DNA of 64,000 bases, taken from NCBI GenBank assembly GCA_907165135.1, contig OU015566.1, positions 10,602,001-10,666,000 of the forward strand, given 5' to 3'. The notes beneath the pieces are model-generated. The model had not been told where the DNA came from. It made no database searches and saw only the letters and a program-made list of their open reading frames with translations. The stretch comes from Oikopleura dioica (taxonomy: Eukaryota; Animalia; Chordata). Positions within the stretch are counted from its first letter, which is position 1. Every line of letters starts with the position of its first letter. Made by a program: the position numbers and the translations under genes. Positions 12,151-25,935 of this stretch are shown here, in pieces.

Positions 12151-14189
12151 TTAGCAATATGGGTTTGTGATCTTCTCGATGAATTTGGAAACTCGTTTCA
12201 CTTGCTTGGCTTTCTTGCCGTCAGTGCAGGAGTAGTTGTCGATAAAAGCTTGAAAGCCTTCTTTAATTTGCGTAGCTTGAGTGCAATGATCGTCGGAGCG
12301 GTCGTGATCTCGGTCCCAGATGGCAAAGTCATTACTTTCATATTTCTCTTCATTGTATGGAGACTTAAATATTGTGAAAATATTTAAGCTTTTCGAAGTT
12401 GATCATTTACCTTGCAGTTTTTCTGGATACTGTTGAATGCATTTCGTGCGAGCTTGCCAGTTCGAAGGGTGAATTTTCCGACTCGGTTGTGGTCTTCGAG
12501 AACATTCGATGTCATTTCGATCCATTCTTTGAGTGTTCGAACAGCATCGGAGTAGGCCATTGGTGGCCAAATGCATTCATTGTCGTCGTCCTTGGTGTAT
12601 CCATCGTCACAGATGCATTCATAGCCTCCTTCGTTGTTCTCGCAAGAAGAATTCGCTCCGCATGCATCGTCTGAAAGACATTCATTGATGTCAGCGCACA
12701 CGACAGCAGTTTCAGCACTGGAAAGAGCATGTTGGTATCCGACGGGGCAAGCTTCAACTTCCAAGATGATTGTCATACATTGTCGGTCAGACACGCGGCC
12801 GTAAGGATCGTAGACTTCAGCACAGTGAGCATGATCGCGTTGAATCGCCTGAGCAGCTGTTGGTGTCCACGTGCAAGTAGCCTCGCCTTTATCATCAAAA
12901 GCAGAACATTCCATGCCATCTGGCATACTAAATTGATATCGAGGGAAATCATAAAATGTTTGATTTCCCAGTTTATATGATGCAGTCCATGTAATCGTGA
13001 TTAGATTCGGATTTTCGTCATCATCAGTATTACGGCGTTTTCTCCCAGCGCAGAGCCAAGGGTAGCAATCCGGACCTTGCGACAAGTTTATCCAAGTAAA
13101 GTATTTTTGTTGTTCATCTGTAAGATCATCTCTGACAGAGATTGAGGGTGAATTTGTACAATAATCTGGCTGTGTAACAGTTTGTCTTCGACGTCGACTA
13201 TGGTCATGCTCTTCGTCGTGATCAGGGAAGATTCCGGCATACAATTTATCTCCCTCTGGGATCATGTCACCTCTAATCGAGTCCATGTCGGGTTCAAAAG
13301 TGACAACGATGAAAATAAGCGGAACTGAGTGAAGGAGATTTCCATCGGAATCAAAATCTTCAACTTGAAGGGCAATCGGCTTATTACTAGGCCCCTGCTC
13401 GTCGAATTCAGGGTGATATGTGACGACACAATTCTCTTCGTCAAGCGAGAAGCTTTGCATATTAGCTGGATCGTACTGGAAATTGTATGCCTCAGAACTG
13501 TCTCCCCATCGGCAGCGCACATCGTCTTCGTCAGTGACTCCTATGTGATACTTCTGGTCCACGCAGCCTTTCATGATTACCCAAATAGGTCGTGCAGCGA
13601 AACGTGGTGCGCTATTTGCGACATCATTTACAGTTGCCTTGAATCCAAAATTTCCTTGAGCAACACTTCCCGTATCAGTTGAGAATGGGATCGTGCAGCA
13701 TCCACTCCCTGTATGCGTGAATGATGTCACGCCAGTCGTATCAATTTCAAACGTTTTCGTTCCGAAGCACCAATGTGATGTGAAATGAACCGATGGGTGG
13801 TTCTCTATATTCGTGACCGTGTAATGCGATGGAAAAGTCCCGATTCCGCTGATGACTTCATTGATTCTGGCGTACGACGACTCGATATTGTCGTCAATAT
13901 CGGATTGCTCGCAGCCGTTGTATCCATCTGAGTCCCAGTCCCATGTCGAGCCATAAGCATCACCAGGCGCTCGTCGCCATCCAATTGACCTTTCAACGCT
14001 GAGGATATTATCCCGCACATGCCGGTACTAATTAAATTTGATGATATTTAATTAATGTATTAATCTTATTATATTCATTTATTGAAAAAAAATAAGTTAT
14101 TATAACGATTAAAATTTAACCTGTAAAGAATACGCTCTGAAGTGAGTCGCGCTCGCAAGCGAAAAAAGAGCAAAATCAATTTGAATCAT
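12151..14189 (-). CDS. Secreted Cys-rich protein with a calcium-binding EGF-like domain
   Basis: Signal-peptide-like exon MIQIDFALFSLASATHFRAYSLQ (14189-14121); intron to the 544-aa ORF containing DINECLSDDACGANSSCENNEGGYECICDDGY (cbEGF consensus); a 47-nt intron then leads to a last exon ending NPYC* (stop 12151-12153). Confidence 0.8.
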
Positions 14190-15792
14190 AATGAAAGTCT
14201 CTCCAAAATGATGATTTCAGCAATGAAACACCCGCCTTTTTATAGGGCACTCAGTTATGGTGCGGTGCACGGTGGTGCGCGAGCGCAGGAATTTCCAAGG
14301 GAATATTTTGACGCGGGTCCTCCGGATTAGCGGCCACATCCCATTTTTAGCTCCACGGTTTTGCTTTATCTAAACGTGAGTGCTCTCAGCTTCTTTTTTC
14401 CATATTTATTATGACATCCTTTCAGAAGACTTCCGGAACGTGGAAAAGATTCACGGTTCTAAGATGTTCCTCCGATATTTTTTCAAGTAAAATATGATAA
14501 TTGATGTGGATAAGCAACGAATCACAAAGTTTCTAGGGAAAAACGTTCGTGGAGTATTATGAGTAAAAGACTTGAATATCACTTGTTACAAGTGACTTGT
14601 ATAACTCTAAAATTGCGAATTCCCGAGAAAAAGGTCGCGCCGTCAAGCACTCAGCTTTATTCTACCAACAAACGATTAGTGCGTCATTTTTCCAAGCAGG
14701 ACTCGCGTGGTGTATCTCGTGCATAATATTCCACCTTCAAATCTGCTTATAAGATCGAAACGTCAGCAAAACAAGAACAGAAAACGTCTTATACGACATA
14801 AAGATTAAAATGGAACTGCTGAATGGTACATTTTTCGCGCTAAAACTGGGCAGACCGTGGGGGTAATCCGATTTCTTGAATGAGGTTTGCGGGGAAAAAG
14901 AACCGGAAAAGAAAATTTCGAAGTAAATCAAAAAGTTCAATTTTGAATGTAAAATTATTTTTATGGCTTCAACTCCGGGAGTCTTAATTTTGCTATCTCG
15001 GTCCAAGTAGATCCGTTCTCAACCGCTTTTAAAATCGGATAGGCCTCGGAAAAATCTCACTTCATCAGATCTTCATTCTTTTTTCCGAGTCAAGTTAAAA
15101 TCTGTTTATATTTTTATCCGCTGAAAGTCGATATGGGCACTTCGTAAGACATGGCTTAGAGCATCTAATTGCTTGTTCAATATTCAATACCGCAAAAGAT
15201 AACAAACTGAGTGAGTATCAAGATCTAATGGAAGCCATTTTTTATTTTATTTCAGCGGGGCTCGTAACTCAAGATTTGTCCTTGAGCTGAGGGAATCGTT
15301 AAAATACTCAAAACAACCAGTCAGAGACTGAGAGAAGTCTGAGAGAAGAAGAAAAGAATGGGAAATTATTTTAGCACAGAAGTTGAGTAATTTACCAATC
15401 TATCTATGAAAATGAAAATTAAGCCCGATCCCGCCCCGACGAATGTTGGGCCAGGCCGCAAAAGTAAGTTGAATATGGAGACAAAAATGACTTACATATT
15501 CCGTTTTGAGGCACTTTTTGATATGTATCGCTTTGAAAGATAATGCAGCTGCTTATAAGCTTCTACTTGCTACTTGTGCTCTCGCTTCTACTCACAATTT
15601 GAGTTTCAAGTGATATTCATTTTTTAAATGCGTGTCCGAATATCACCAAAATGTAGTCAATAGTCTGATTTAAGCACTGATAGGTGGGCTAGCCACAAGA
15701 CTCGCCGGAGGTCACCAAAAGTAAGAGGTTCAAAAGTTGCTCAATTTCAAGAACGCTAAAAAAATGAGCAGCTTTTGAATATCTCTCTGTAG

Positions 15793-16520
15793 CATAAGAA
15801 GGCAAAAAATAAAACCATAAACGAACTCAGCGAGGAGGAGAAGATGGAAGAGCTCAAAAACACTTTTGATTATTTCGACAAGGATGGATCTGGCGAGGTA
15901 ACTCCTCGTACAGAATCTTTTTTATAAAATCTAAGATTTCCATCGATGAAGTTCGCTGCGCCCTAAATGCTTTTGGCTTCTTTCCATCTGAGGCATTTCT
16001 TCAAGAGTGCCTGGAGAAGTTTGACTTGGACAACAATTGCTTGATCGACTTTGACGAGTTCAAATTCATGTATGCAACGTTGATGAACGATACGCCTAAG
16101 ACCGTTGCCGCGGAACTGTGTGAAGTTTTCAAGTAAGGTTTAAATCAATGCTGAGTCTTCTCTAATCTCTAGTACTCTGGAAGTTATCGACAAAAGAAAA
16201 GCAAACACTGTTGGCTACCACGGTATGGGCAACGACGAAGACGGCTTCATTCCAGATAGAGAGAACCCTCTCTACTTCTCAAACTACCATCCAACAGGAA
16301 CTGTAGCGGTCGAAGATGTCGTCAGAATGCTCACGATGACCGGGACTAATCTGGACGAAAGCGAGGAGTGTTCAGCTATTAGGTAAAATCGGTTGAAAAA
16401 AGGTGAAAAAATGTTTTTAGCGAGCAAGAAGCAAGAACTTTTCTATCGCTCTTTGACAAGGACGAAAGTGGAAGAGTCAAAACATCACATCTTGTTGGAT
16501 ATCTTACTGAGAGTCATTGA
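15793..16520 (+). CDS. Calmodulin-like EF-hand protein (start codon uncertain)
   Basis: Spliced exons give ELKNTFDYFDKDGSGE/ISIDEV, FDLDNNCLIDFDEF and FDKDESGRVKTSHL (EF-hand loops), with short GT-AG introns. Confidence 0.85.
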
Positions 16521-16607
16521 TATCGAAATAAGCGCGGAATAAATTTCTTCTTTTTATGTGTGTCCTTGTCACTCACTTTATTACTATTATCTTTAACGAT
16601 GGTCACA

Positions 16608-16954
16608 TCAGCATAAATATACATTTGGACTGACATAAAGGTCGAGATACAGTCTACCAATACAGACAATATGCAAAGTAATAGCAATAGGGCAAATGAT
16701 CAAACTCCCCAAGCAAAAATGCAGTGGAATTCGAAATTTCGCACCCCAGAGTTGTCCGTTTTCAAATTCATTTTCCAGTTGAGTTTTGAATTGTTGCAAT
16801 CTTATTAATAATGATTATAAAAAATTACGAGAGTCTTACTTGACTGATCTGGCGATGAGGATACCAGAGATAGCAATGAGACTTCCGATTTCTAGTATGA
16901 GCAATGAGAATAGAAATTTTTCGTACGACTTATGATACGTTATTGCCAGATAAA
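16608..16954 (-). pseudogene. 3' part of a host four-transmembrane protein gene split by the hAT/Polinton insertion
   Basis: Joining 56528-56544 to 16946 through one TSD copy gives in-frame VLVVYLAITYHKSYEKFLFSLLILEIGSLIAISGILIARSVK; a GTAAG intron then joins ORF 16608-16799 (LQQFKTQ...LHIVCIG...YLC*). Confidence 0.75.
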
Positions 16955-17271
16955 TAGGGTTCGCGCCCAAAAAAACTATCTTTTGATAGACAAATCGAAT
17001 TGTTTTCAAATTTTTACAGGTTAAATGAATCTGTTTAAAGATTAAAAAAACATATTTAGGAGAAAAAAAAATTTAAGGGTTGAAGAGATATAGGTCAATT
17101 AATGTTCAAAAACAATGTTAGTCAAATGCTTCCCAGAAATTTTTTAGATATATATATAATTTCGATTGAGGAGAACAAAATTCAATGAAAAAATTATGGG
17201 AAACAGATGACTAACATACTGTAATTGACATTTGAAGGTCTATTTTTGACCATTTTTGCGCAGCGCGCAGC

Positions 17272-17388
17272 AGTAGTTATATCTATGGGTGGGTACCTTG
17301 CGATGCAGGTTGTCTGTGATTGGCTAACACCGTTTGGCGCTCAGTTTAAAAATTGTCTACTTTTTGCTCCCTGCTAAAACGCCTCTGG
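17272..17388 (+). repeat. Left terminal inverted repeat of the Polinton (~117 bp)
   Basis: Reverse complement of 54307-54423; the outer ~36 bp are identical, with scattered mismatches further in. Confidence 0.95.
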
Positions 17389-17867
17389 TTAAATACAATA
17401 CACAAGTGTGGTAAGTTTTTTGGTGTAGTAGTTTATTTTTAGTGTAGTAATTAAAATTATTGTTGCAGTGTAATTAAATCACGTGATCATAATGACTTGT
17501 CGTGTTGGGTAGAGTTCTTGCGCCCCGAGCCAAAATTCTCTCATGTAATCGTATAGCTCTTCTCCTTGAAGATTTCTGTGATCTTTAACACACAATATCC
17601 AAATCGGTGGTGTTGGGCTATAAGGCATTTCTTTTAGTTTTGAATAATCTAAATATCTTTTAACAACAATAATAAACTGTTAATGAACCCTTTCGCACAA
17701 GCTCATCGCTGCTGATTTTTGTAAGTGATGACATTCTAAAAAATGACAATATTTTTCAGAGTCTATCTTGCAGAAAAAACCGATATAATTACGACTGCCG
17801 CAGGCGACAACAATCAACAAACGGTTTCAATGTAAGTTTTTATTTTTTCATGCTTATAAAACACCAG

Positions 17868-18729
17868 TTAATTGTTTTTAGTATCCATTTTCTCTTCAAG
17901 TTCTTTGTTGATTTCAGCCACAAGTTCTTGGATGGTCATTTGATTGCTTGGTTTGGGAAGAGGCATTTTCTCCAGTCTTATTTTCTTTGCTTTGGAAGGT
18001 TGAATCATTTTTCTTTTTTTCGGTCTGAGAAAAATAAAAAATTAAAAATATGCTGTTGCGTCTATTGTTACAAAAACGCGACTGAGCTTACATTGTAAAA
18101 TTCACCCGTGGAAAGTTCTTCTTTAATCATTTCCAGGTAACAGGGCCAGAATTCCATTCGTTGTTTCCTAGAAAAAGCATGTTTCGGCACATGTGTGTTT
18201 TTAATAATTACAGCTCCCGTTCAAAGTATTCCATTGATTTCGCAAGTGCATCGTAAGAGCAGTCACTGGTCTCGATATTCTGTTTACAGCACATGGCCAA
18301 GAAATTTAAATCAAGTATGACTCAATGAATTTCCCCTTTCACTCTAAACAGAATGCCGAGACCAGGGCAGTCGTCGCAATATCCTTGATCTGCAATTATT
18401 GGAATTGCTTTTGTTTTAAATTTACAAATGACATTATCGCATCGATCATCTTTCAATATTTGAATTGTGTGAAAATCTCTTGGAGTAACTAAATCTTCAG
18501 CATAAGCAAGCGCCTCATCGGGATCAATTTCACGAGCCTTTTCTTCGAGTTCTTGTTGTGAGAGCAGTTTAAATTCATAAGCAAGTTCTTTCTTGCGTTT
18601 TTCAATATCCTCTTGTTTAAGTTTGCTGGTATAAGAGCGTCTATACATTCCGGAATATCGTTGCTGGTTGTAAAAATGGCTCATCCAATTTTTATATTCC
18701 TTGCTATTCATTTTGCTATTGTTTTGCAT
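17868..18729 (-). CDS. Polinton orphan gene, spliced, with Cys pairs and a basic C-terminus
   Basis: ORF 18322-18729 (CDNVIC, CDDC) splices in frame to NIETSDCSYDALAKSMEYFEREL/KQRMEFWPCYLEMIKEELST and a last exon ...RKKRKMIQPSKAKKIRL...DTKNN*. Confidence 0.6.
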
Positions 18730-21206
18730 TGATATTTATTGTCGAGTGCATACTGTGGCTTTTTAAACTCTTAAATTCATATTTTTATTTTGTAATACCA
18801 CGTGGCGGCGTGTTTGTCGCGCGCCATTGGTGGCGCTGTTTTGCAAATTGCCTTTTCAATTAAACGTTGTAGAGTAAAGATGATAATACGATGACCATAC
18901 GATCTATCTACTTTGTTTTTAATTTCAAGTCAATAGATACGTGTCGTCACGCATGTTTACATCATTGGTAAATCGTCGATTGGTGCGCATATTCATCATT
19001 CAAGCCGGTTAGGACGCCTTTTTAAAATGCTTTTATTTAAATAAACGTCGCCTTCCAACTGTTATGATAAATGTCATTTGTTTTGACGATTGTAAGTGAC
19101 AATTTGAGGACTTTCAAATCCGACTTTTTTTAACTTGATCAAAAAAGTAATGCTTGACAGGTCCTTTTTTTGTACACTTTTGTTCTTATCACGTTCTCTC
19201 TCTCTCTCTCTCTCTCTCTTGTCTCTTTTTGTCTCTCTGGCTCTCTGGTCGATGACTTTAATTATGTTCAAGTTAGCCTATTCCGATTCTCAGTATTGTA
19301 TAATCATTTGAGTCTCAGTCTTAGGGCTAACGGAAACAAAATAAAAATGTGTGAATTGTAGATTTGTGCCTACATTAATGCGTGGCATCTAATCTTCAAC
19401 TTCCATTTATCTTTTTTGAAAATTGAGGTATTAGTGCCGCGTTATAATGTGGTAAAGAATAAATGTAGAGTGGTCGATGGTATTCAGAAAGCAGACTGCA
19501 CGAGAATTCTGTAAATAATTTTACTAGAACTAACGAGCAGACTGTTTTTTAAATGATTCGCATGATGTAGTTTGTTGACAAGAGTAGCCAAATAAAACGC
19601 TAAAACAACGAATGCGAATTATTCCTCTGTCTTTGCGCATTACTGAGCTAGCTATTGTCATTTTTTGGGTAAATGAGGTCTCTTCGTCGATTGTGATAAT
19701 AAGTTGAGTTGTGCTCCGTCCACTTTATACATTTTAAAAGTTTGTACAAAGAGTTCTTTACACAAGTCGCATAATTTTCATGCAGCTTTCGTCGACTGAT
19801 CATTAAGGATCAAAGTAAAGCAAGCGCTGGTTCTATACAAATTCTCATCTAGTAGAGACCCCACGCATACTAAAATTTGATCTGTAGTAAGAAGCTTGGT
19901 TGTGAGTTTGATCACATGTCGACGCGCTTTTAAACTATTTTTGGGTACTATCAGCGCGATGGCGCTAGAGGATAATATTTTTTTGCCGATGTCGCACTTG
20001 TTTTTTCCTCGCGTTTTTAAAGAAAGACAATCGGGGACCAAAATTCAAAATCATGTGAAAAAGAAGAGAGCTTCGCCCTTTTAGGGTCGGCAATTTTAAG
20101 TAAAAGAACAAGGTCCAAGATTCTTTCAATTTCGATAACAAAAATAGCGAATTTTGTTGACATGTTTGTAAAAGCCTTCTTCTGGCAGTAGCGGGGTTTT
20201 TAAAAAAGCGACAAAGCTCGTTCAATTACGCCAAAGTCTTTTGGCGCTGTATATATGACCCAGTATCTCAAAAACATCTTATCTTCAAAAAAAAATACAA
20301 TGTACATATATACTATCATTGACAGAGCGTAATGGGCAACAGCAAGAACGCAGCTGACATTGATAGCTTTTTTGAAAAAAACTCCGTTTTATTGTTGATT
20401 TTATTTCTTTAACTTATTATCGAGATTTTATTTGTTTTTATTTTATTTATGCCAACGTCACTGTCATGGAATATAGCAGCAAATGAGGATATAGGAACTT
20501 TAGGAACTAATGGAAATCTTTCTTGACAGCAATGTAAAATTTGCGGGCACCTTATTTTACTGCGTTGTCTTTTCTTTGTTATCAAAATTTTGAATCATTG
20601 GTTTTTTATTTTAAAGTTGTCGACCTTAAAAAAATTTTCATTTGCGCTGTGAAGCTGGCAAGTTGAAAAATTCTTACGTGTTAGTATAATTGCATGTATG
20701 CACACACTCATTCCAATTTAAGCGCGCTTGATGATAAAATGCTTTCAAAATCATTTCTGCTGTGGAACAGCCAAGTTGAAAAATTCTTACCTGTAAGTAT
20801 GATTGCATGCACTTGTGCACACTCACTCTTATTTTAGCTCGCCTGATGATGAAATGCTTTCAAAATATAAAAATGCAAAGAAATGAGTAGAAAAGGAATT
20901 ATGTGAATATAAAAAATGAAGAACAAAATCGTCAGAAGCATCCAAATTAAACAAAATGTTGTCTTAAATTTCATGCAATTCGTTGTAATGAGTTATCATG
21001 TTATTGAAAATATTGAATAAAAAGGAAAAAATCGAAAATATGGTGGTGTTGTTGACATGTTTGCAAAAGTGACAAAAAATCTCTCGAACGTGCGCAAAAG
21101 TTTCTAGAATTACTGTTGTTGTGTAAAGCATGTTAAGCATTTTTCGTCAGTTTCTCAAAGTCTTTTGTAGAAGCAAGACGCAGTCGTCGATTTTACTACT
21201 GTTACC

Positions 21207-22131
21207 ATGTCCGAGCAACCGGTAAGCAAGCAAGGTTTTTAGATACAGAAATGTAGGTTTAATTTTTAGTCCCCAGCTGGGTCCTTGATCAACATGGTCT
21301 CCCCCACTCGTAGCTCTCATCCTCATCCCGAGGAATTTCTCCACCACAATTGGGAGGACGTTGACGTCACCCAATTCACCGAGTTTGCTCCTGTTGGCAA
21401 CCTTGGCGACGCTGAACTCGTTTCAGTTAGTAGCTTTGGTTCCAACTTGGGATCTCGGGATCTCCTAGAGATCGACGAGTTGGACGAGGAGGAAGACCGA
21501 ATCTCCCGCAACATTGTGGGCGATGACTCCGCGGCTAACGATCCCACCAACTTCGCCGCCGATCACCCCTTCTTCACCGACGGACCACCTCGACACGTGG
21601 ACCCCGAGCAGCAGGCCGAAATCGAGCGAATCGAGAGGGAGGCCATTGCTCGACGCCGACAACACGCTTCCACGGCCAAGTTGATCAAGGGCGTCACCCT
21701 GTCCAAGCACCCCAACCGATTCCCCGAGCTTCTTCGATACGCCGATGGCGCTTCCTTTTCCCAGTGGGTATGGAGGCCATACGACTGCAGGCTCTCCGTG
21801 GAAGATCTCATGAAAGATGTGCCTTTCGACGAGAATGATCAATGTAAGTTATTTTCAAAAAGATTTAAAAATTAATTTTATTTTAGTCATTCCAGCGCGA
21901 GGCGAAGAAACCCCCACCGCGCTTATGCTTCTGAAGGCATTCTACAGAGGCATGGTTCGCGAGACAACCCAGCTGGAGATGGAGCTGAACTCCGGCGCCT
22001 TTGCTGCGCACCTGGAAACCTCCAAGTGCACCATCCCCCTCGTCAATCTCCAGTTTGGCCACATCCCGCTCTCCGGCAAGAAGGGCTCCATTCGACGTGG
22101 CCGAATCTTCAAAAGACAAAGACGAAACTAA
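21207..22131 (+). CDS. Polinton orphan gene, 3 exons, acidic N-terminus, basic C-terminus
   Basis: MSEQP micro-exon, GTAAG intron, 21285-21875 frame, second GTAAG intron, then the 21817-22131 frame ending RRGRIFKRQRRN*; GC-richer codons; AATAAA downstream. Confidence 0.7.
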
Positions 22132-22660
22132 TGAAAAAAATCAAATTCATTTGATTTTTTTCAAAAAAAAAAACCCTTTTCTGCGGTTCATTTATTCTTT
22201 CAAAAATAAAATTTCTTTGAAATTTACATAAATTTGATAAGGATTGATAATGATTCATCATCATATCCTTTGACCTCGTGTATTTTCGATAAAGCGGTTT
22301 GATTGGTGGTTGATTGTGGAAAAGAGGAGTAGTTTGGTTCAGATTCATTTTTTCAAAACAAGTTGACTTCTAGAAAGATTGGTTTTGCGGCGGCGTCGGC
22401 GGATCGCGCTGTGATTTTCCAGATTTGCTTTTCCGAACGGGAATTTTTCGAGAATTGAATTGAGGCGCGAAAAAACGTTTAATTTTACAAAAAACCGCTA
22501 TCAACTGAAAGAGAATATATTCAGAAGAAAGAAAGAATAAAGAATTTTTTAAATCAAGCTGATAATTTTCACCTGCGCTGTGAGAAATTGACACACTTCC
22601 GTTTTTGATACAGTGTTTTACAACTTTCTCACTGTTCGTTATCTTTTCAGAGGCGGAATC

Positions 22661-23866
22661 ATGGTGGTCATTTTTAGCAAGCTTCGAAAAAAACCAACCG
22701 TTGCAGCGCCAGAAGTGGTTGCGCCAACGCCGTATCGAGCGTGTTGCTCGCCAGAAAGTCACCGCCTTCGCCGAGAAGCAGAGCTTTCTCTGTGAGTGAT
22801 TTTAAAGAGATTTATTATTAAATTTTTTCTAGCGATTTTCCCGTTAGACGACCACGGCCTATCTTGATGCGATCCACAACTACCAACTCCGCTGATCCCA
22901 CTACTACGACTCCGACGATGAGCGATTCCGCCAAAGAGGTAAATTTAAGCGGTCTTTTGGCAAATTTCTTGTACTTTACATAGACGCCAACTGGTGCTCG
23001 CGGCGGTGGTGGCAACAGATTGGCCTCCTGCGAGCAATTCACCACCAAAGCGACTTTCTTCTTTTTGGGCAGTTTTTTCGCCTTGTCTGTCTACTTGTTG
23101 GTCGCCAGCTTTCAGCATGTGTGCAACTGGCCGACGGTCAAGACTGCCAAAGCGAAAGGCGAGGAGGGAAATATCGTGCGAAACCGACGCGAAGGTAATC
23201 AACGGGAATAATTTAAAATTTTTCTAATATTTTATAGGCGTTGAAGAAACCATTGCAATGGTGGATCTTGGCGCCGTCGCGGCCGATTACGAAGGCAGCG
23301 TTGAGGGAAGTGGTGTCAAAGAAGATGCAGCGGGGGCTTTGGCGGAGGGCTCCGGCGGCGACTCTGCTAGCTCTGGTCGGTGGCCTTCTGAAAACGATGA
23401 GGACCCAATGTGCTCATATTGTCGCGATTATTGCTGTGAGTACTCTCAATTTTTTTTCTTGTATTTACACGCTTTATATAGACAAGATCGATCCGCGCAA
23501 ATCTACCGCTGCTTCATCCTTGAACGGTGATGGTGGTGAAGCCGCCCTCGCCGTCGCCGCCGCTGAAGATGGCGGGCCTGTTGATTTGAAACTTCCCAAG
23601 TTGGCCATCACCGAAAACGAGAGCAATCAATTCCCCACAATCAACAACGCCCCAGACAAACTCGAAGACAACTCGCTTCGCTCGGCCAGCTCTTCTTCCA
23701 CTCTCGACTTCGAGTTTGTGGATGGAATCTTCAATGATTTCACATCCGACGGATCTGCTCTCATTCTTGAGAATAATCTCGGCGGTAGCGGCGATAAATA
23801 CGGTTAGTTTTTGTAAAAAAATAGAATTTTGAATTAAAAAAATATCTAGAAACTGATGCTGTTTAA
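22661..23866 (+). CDS. Polinton type II membrane protein with Ser-Gly (EGSG) motifs, proteoglycan-like
   Basis: Five GT-AG introns of ~40-45 nt all keep one frame: MVVIFSKLRKK...TM (TFFFLGSFFALSVYLLVASF)...DYEGSVEGSG...AEGSGGDS...CSYCRDYC...LGGSGDKYETDAV*. Confidence 0.75.
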
Positions 23867-24073
23867 TGACGCCGAAGATCGTCTCACTCTGCTGTCGCTA
23901 CTTCCCCGCCGCGCCGCCTCATCGCTGTTAGAAGCCTCCTTCCAAATAAAAACCTTTTGTCGCTCCATTATTTTGCTCTCCAATTTTGTTCCCTGCGTGA
24001 TACCCTGAATTTAGCGCGGCGGCGACAGCAATGTCCCCCAAAAAACACAAATTTCATTTTGCTCTCTTTTAGA

Positions 24074-24507
24074 ATGGATAAAGCAATTTTCGACTTTATC
24101 CTCAGTTCATTCTTCAAGAAATTCAAAATAACGGTAAGCCGTGTTCGCATTTGACAAAAAAATTGACAAAATATAAAGCTCTCACTACTGGCGGCGGAAG
24201 ATCAATCGACGAATGACAATGACGGCCCGTGTTTTACTTTACGATTGTTCGAAAACTATGCATATGAGGTAAACAAGATCATTTTTACAAACATAATATT
24301 AAAAAGAAAATGTAGATTGATGACGTCAATACGCGACTTGCCGTCATGTGGATCGAAGATGACAATCGTTTCAAATCGTGGCGTGTTGAGAATTGGGTTC
24401 ATTCTCAGCGAATGATTACTTTGTGTCCGATCAGAATCACTGGCAGACCAAAGTACTCGCCGCGATATGATCTTGAATGGGAGCTAGAGTTTCTTCGCGA
24501 TTTTTAA
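24074..24507 (+). CDS. Small Polinton orphan gene, 3 exons
   Basis: MDKAIFDFILSSFFKKFKIT/LSLLAAEDQ...NYAYE/IDDVNTRLAVMWIEDD...LEFLRDF*, joined by two GTAA...AG introns in frame. Confidence 0.6.
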
Positions 24508-24599
24508 TCTGTTCCCAATTGCTGCTACACAAAAATGATGTCAACTGCCAATATTATCTGCTAATTTTTGCTTTTTTAGGCTTTTGAAGTATTATTGTC

Positions 24600-25719
24600 A
24601 TGGGTCGGGTCGCGACAAATGTAAAAAACGAGTTTGTCGCTTTAACAAAGTAAGTTTTCACCGACCATGCAAAGATATAAACAAATTTTTTGTAGCGATT
24701 ATCTCGACAAGAAGATAAATAAGCATGCCAAAAAAGTCGCTTCAAAAGCGTACTCCATGGCCAACAATTACCAGAGCGGTAAGCGACGGCGTGGATCACC
24801 ACAGTACTATGCTCATCGTCGCCACTCGCCAAGTAAGCAAATTGACAGTTTAACTGATTGTAAAAAAATTTTTAGCTGGCTATTTTTATGATCAGCAGCA
24901 CGCGCTTTTTGCTGATCGAGCATCGCTTACACCTTCCCCAGAGCGAAAGAAGCAAAAACTGGCCAAGAAATGCAAGAATGCGGCCATCCTTTTTGCGGAA
25001 AAAACAAAAGACGCAATTCGCGGTAAGTCTTTGTAGTTCAAGCTCTGCATTTTCAATTTCTTAGAAATTGCTTCCGCGCCGCCCAAAATGGCTACAGCGT
25101 TTTCTTTCGGCCCGTACGAGGCCAGATTCGCTCTCTGCCCCAAGAACACAAGCGAGGCTGATGCAATTCCCTCCCTTCGCGAGATCACCCACGCGATCGA
25201 GACTCAAGATGGCGATCGACCGATGATCATCCAAGGCAAGGGGATTTTTTTCCCTTTTCATCTGTTCACTACGCGGAAGATGAATATGGAATCTCTCTTG
25301 CCTGCGATCGCAGCAACTGAGCATCAAGCGCCGCCGCCACCTCCACCCGCTCGTCGATCTATTGCCTACACTCCAGGTAATTTTTTTTTGCTTGCGCATT
25401 TTGTTTACTTGTATTTTTAGTGAGCAGCAGCAACAACAACAACATCATTGATGATGATGATGATGAGTTGGCTCACGAGGAGGCGGTGGTAATGGAAACA
25501 TTGCCGCTGCCAAAGATCAGCTCTCAAGATCAGGCGATTTTGGCAATTTCTTCGGACAATGATTCCGAGATTGAGTTTAACAACCCATTGCTCCGCCGCC
25601 ACCGCCGCTCGACTGCTCCACCCGCTCGACCACCACCACCACTGTCTGCCGGAGAGACACCAATTCAGCGAGAACAGCGCCGCCGATCTGCGATGAAAAG
25701 TCGCTCGGCTAGAAAGTAA
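24600..25719 (+). CDS. Polinton orphan gene, multi-exon, basic/Pro-rich nuclear-type protein
   Basis: Exons matching ORFs 24667-24891, 25088-25420 and 25420-25719 join in frame through GTAAG/GTAAT introns; KRRRGSP, PERKKQK and RRRSAMKSRSARK basic motifs. Confidence 0.6.
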
Positions 25720-25935
25720 GAATGCTTGCTTCTAAAACTGCCATCGGGTCTTTTCCAAATTTATCACACTGCTTCTAAACTGCTTGCTCTGCTGATTTGC
25801 TTCTTAATAATTAGCTGCTTATTCCACAATTAATTAACCCAATTACTCATGTTTATGGCATCAAAATACATCATTTCGGTGTTGTTCAAATTTAATTGTT
25901 TTTATCTTTGGCATTTTTAGATAATTGAAAATAAA

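Noticed and set aside
16947-16990. Splicing-out of the hAT/Polinton as a giant intron
   Set aside because: A GTAGGG donor is formed at one end, but the nearby AG acceptors I tested give frameshifted products.
22994-23560. Third dual-coding region (+1 frame across exons 3-4 of the proteoglycan-like gene)
   Set aside because: Open for only ~165 codons, stops in exon 2 and early exon 5, no convincing start; a +1 shadow frame is expected with GC-rich codons.
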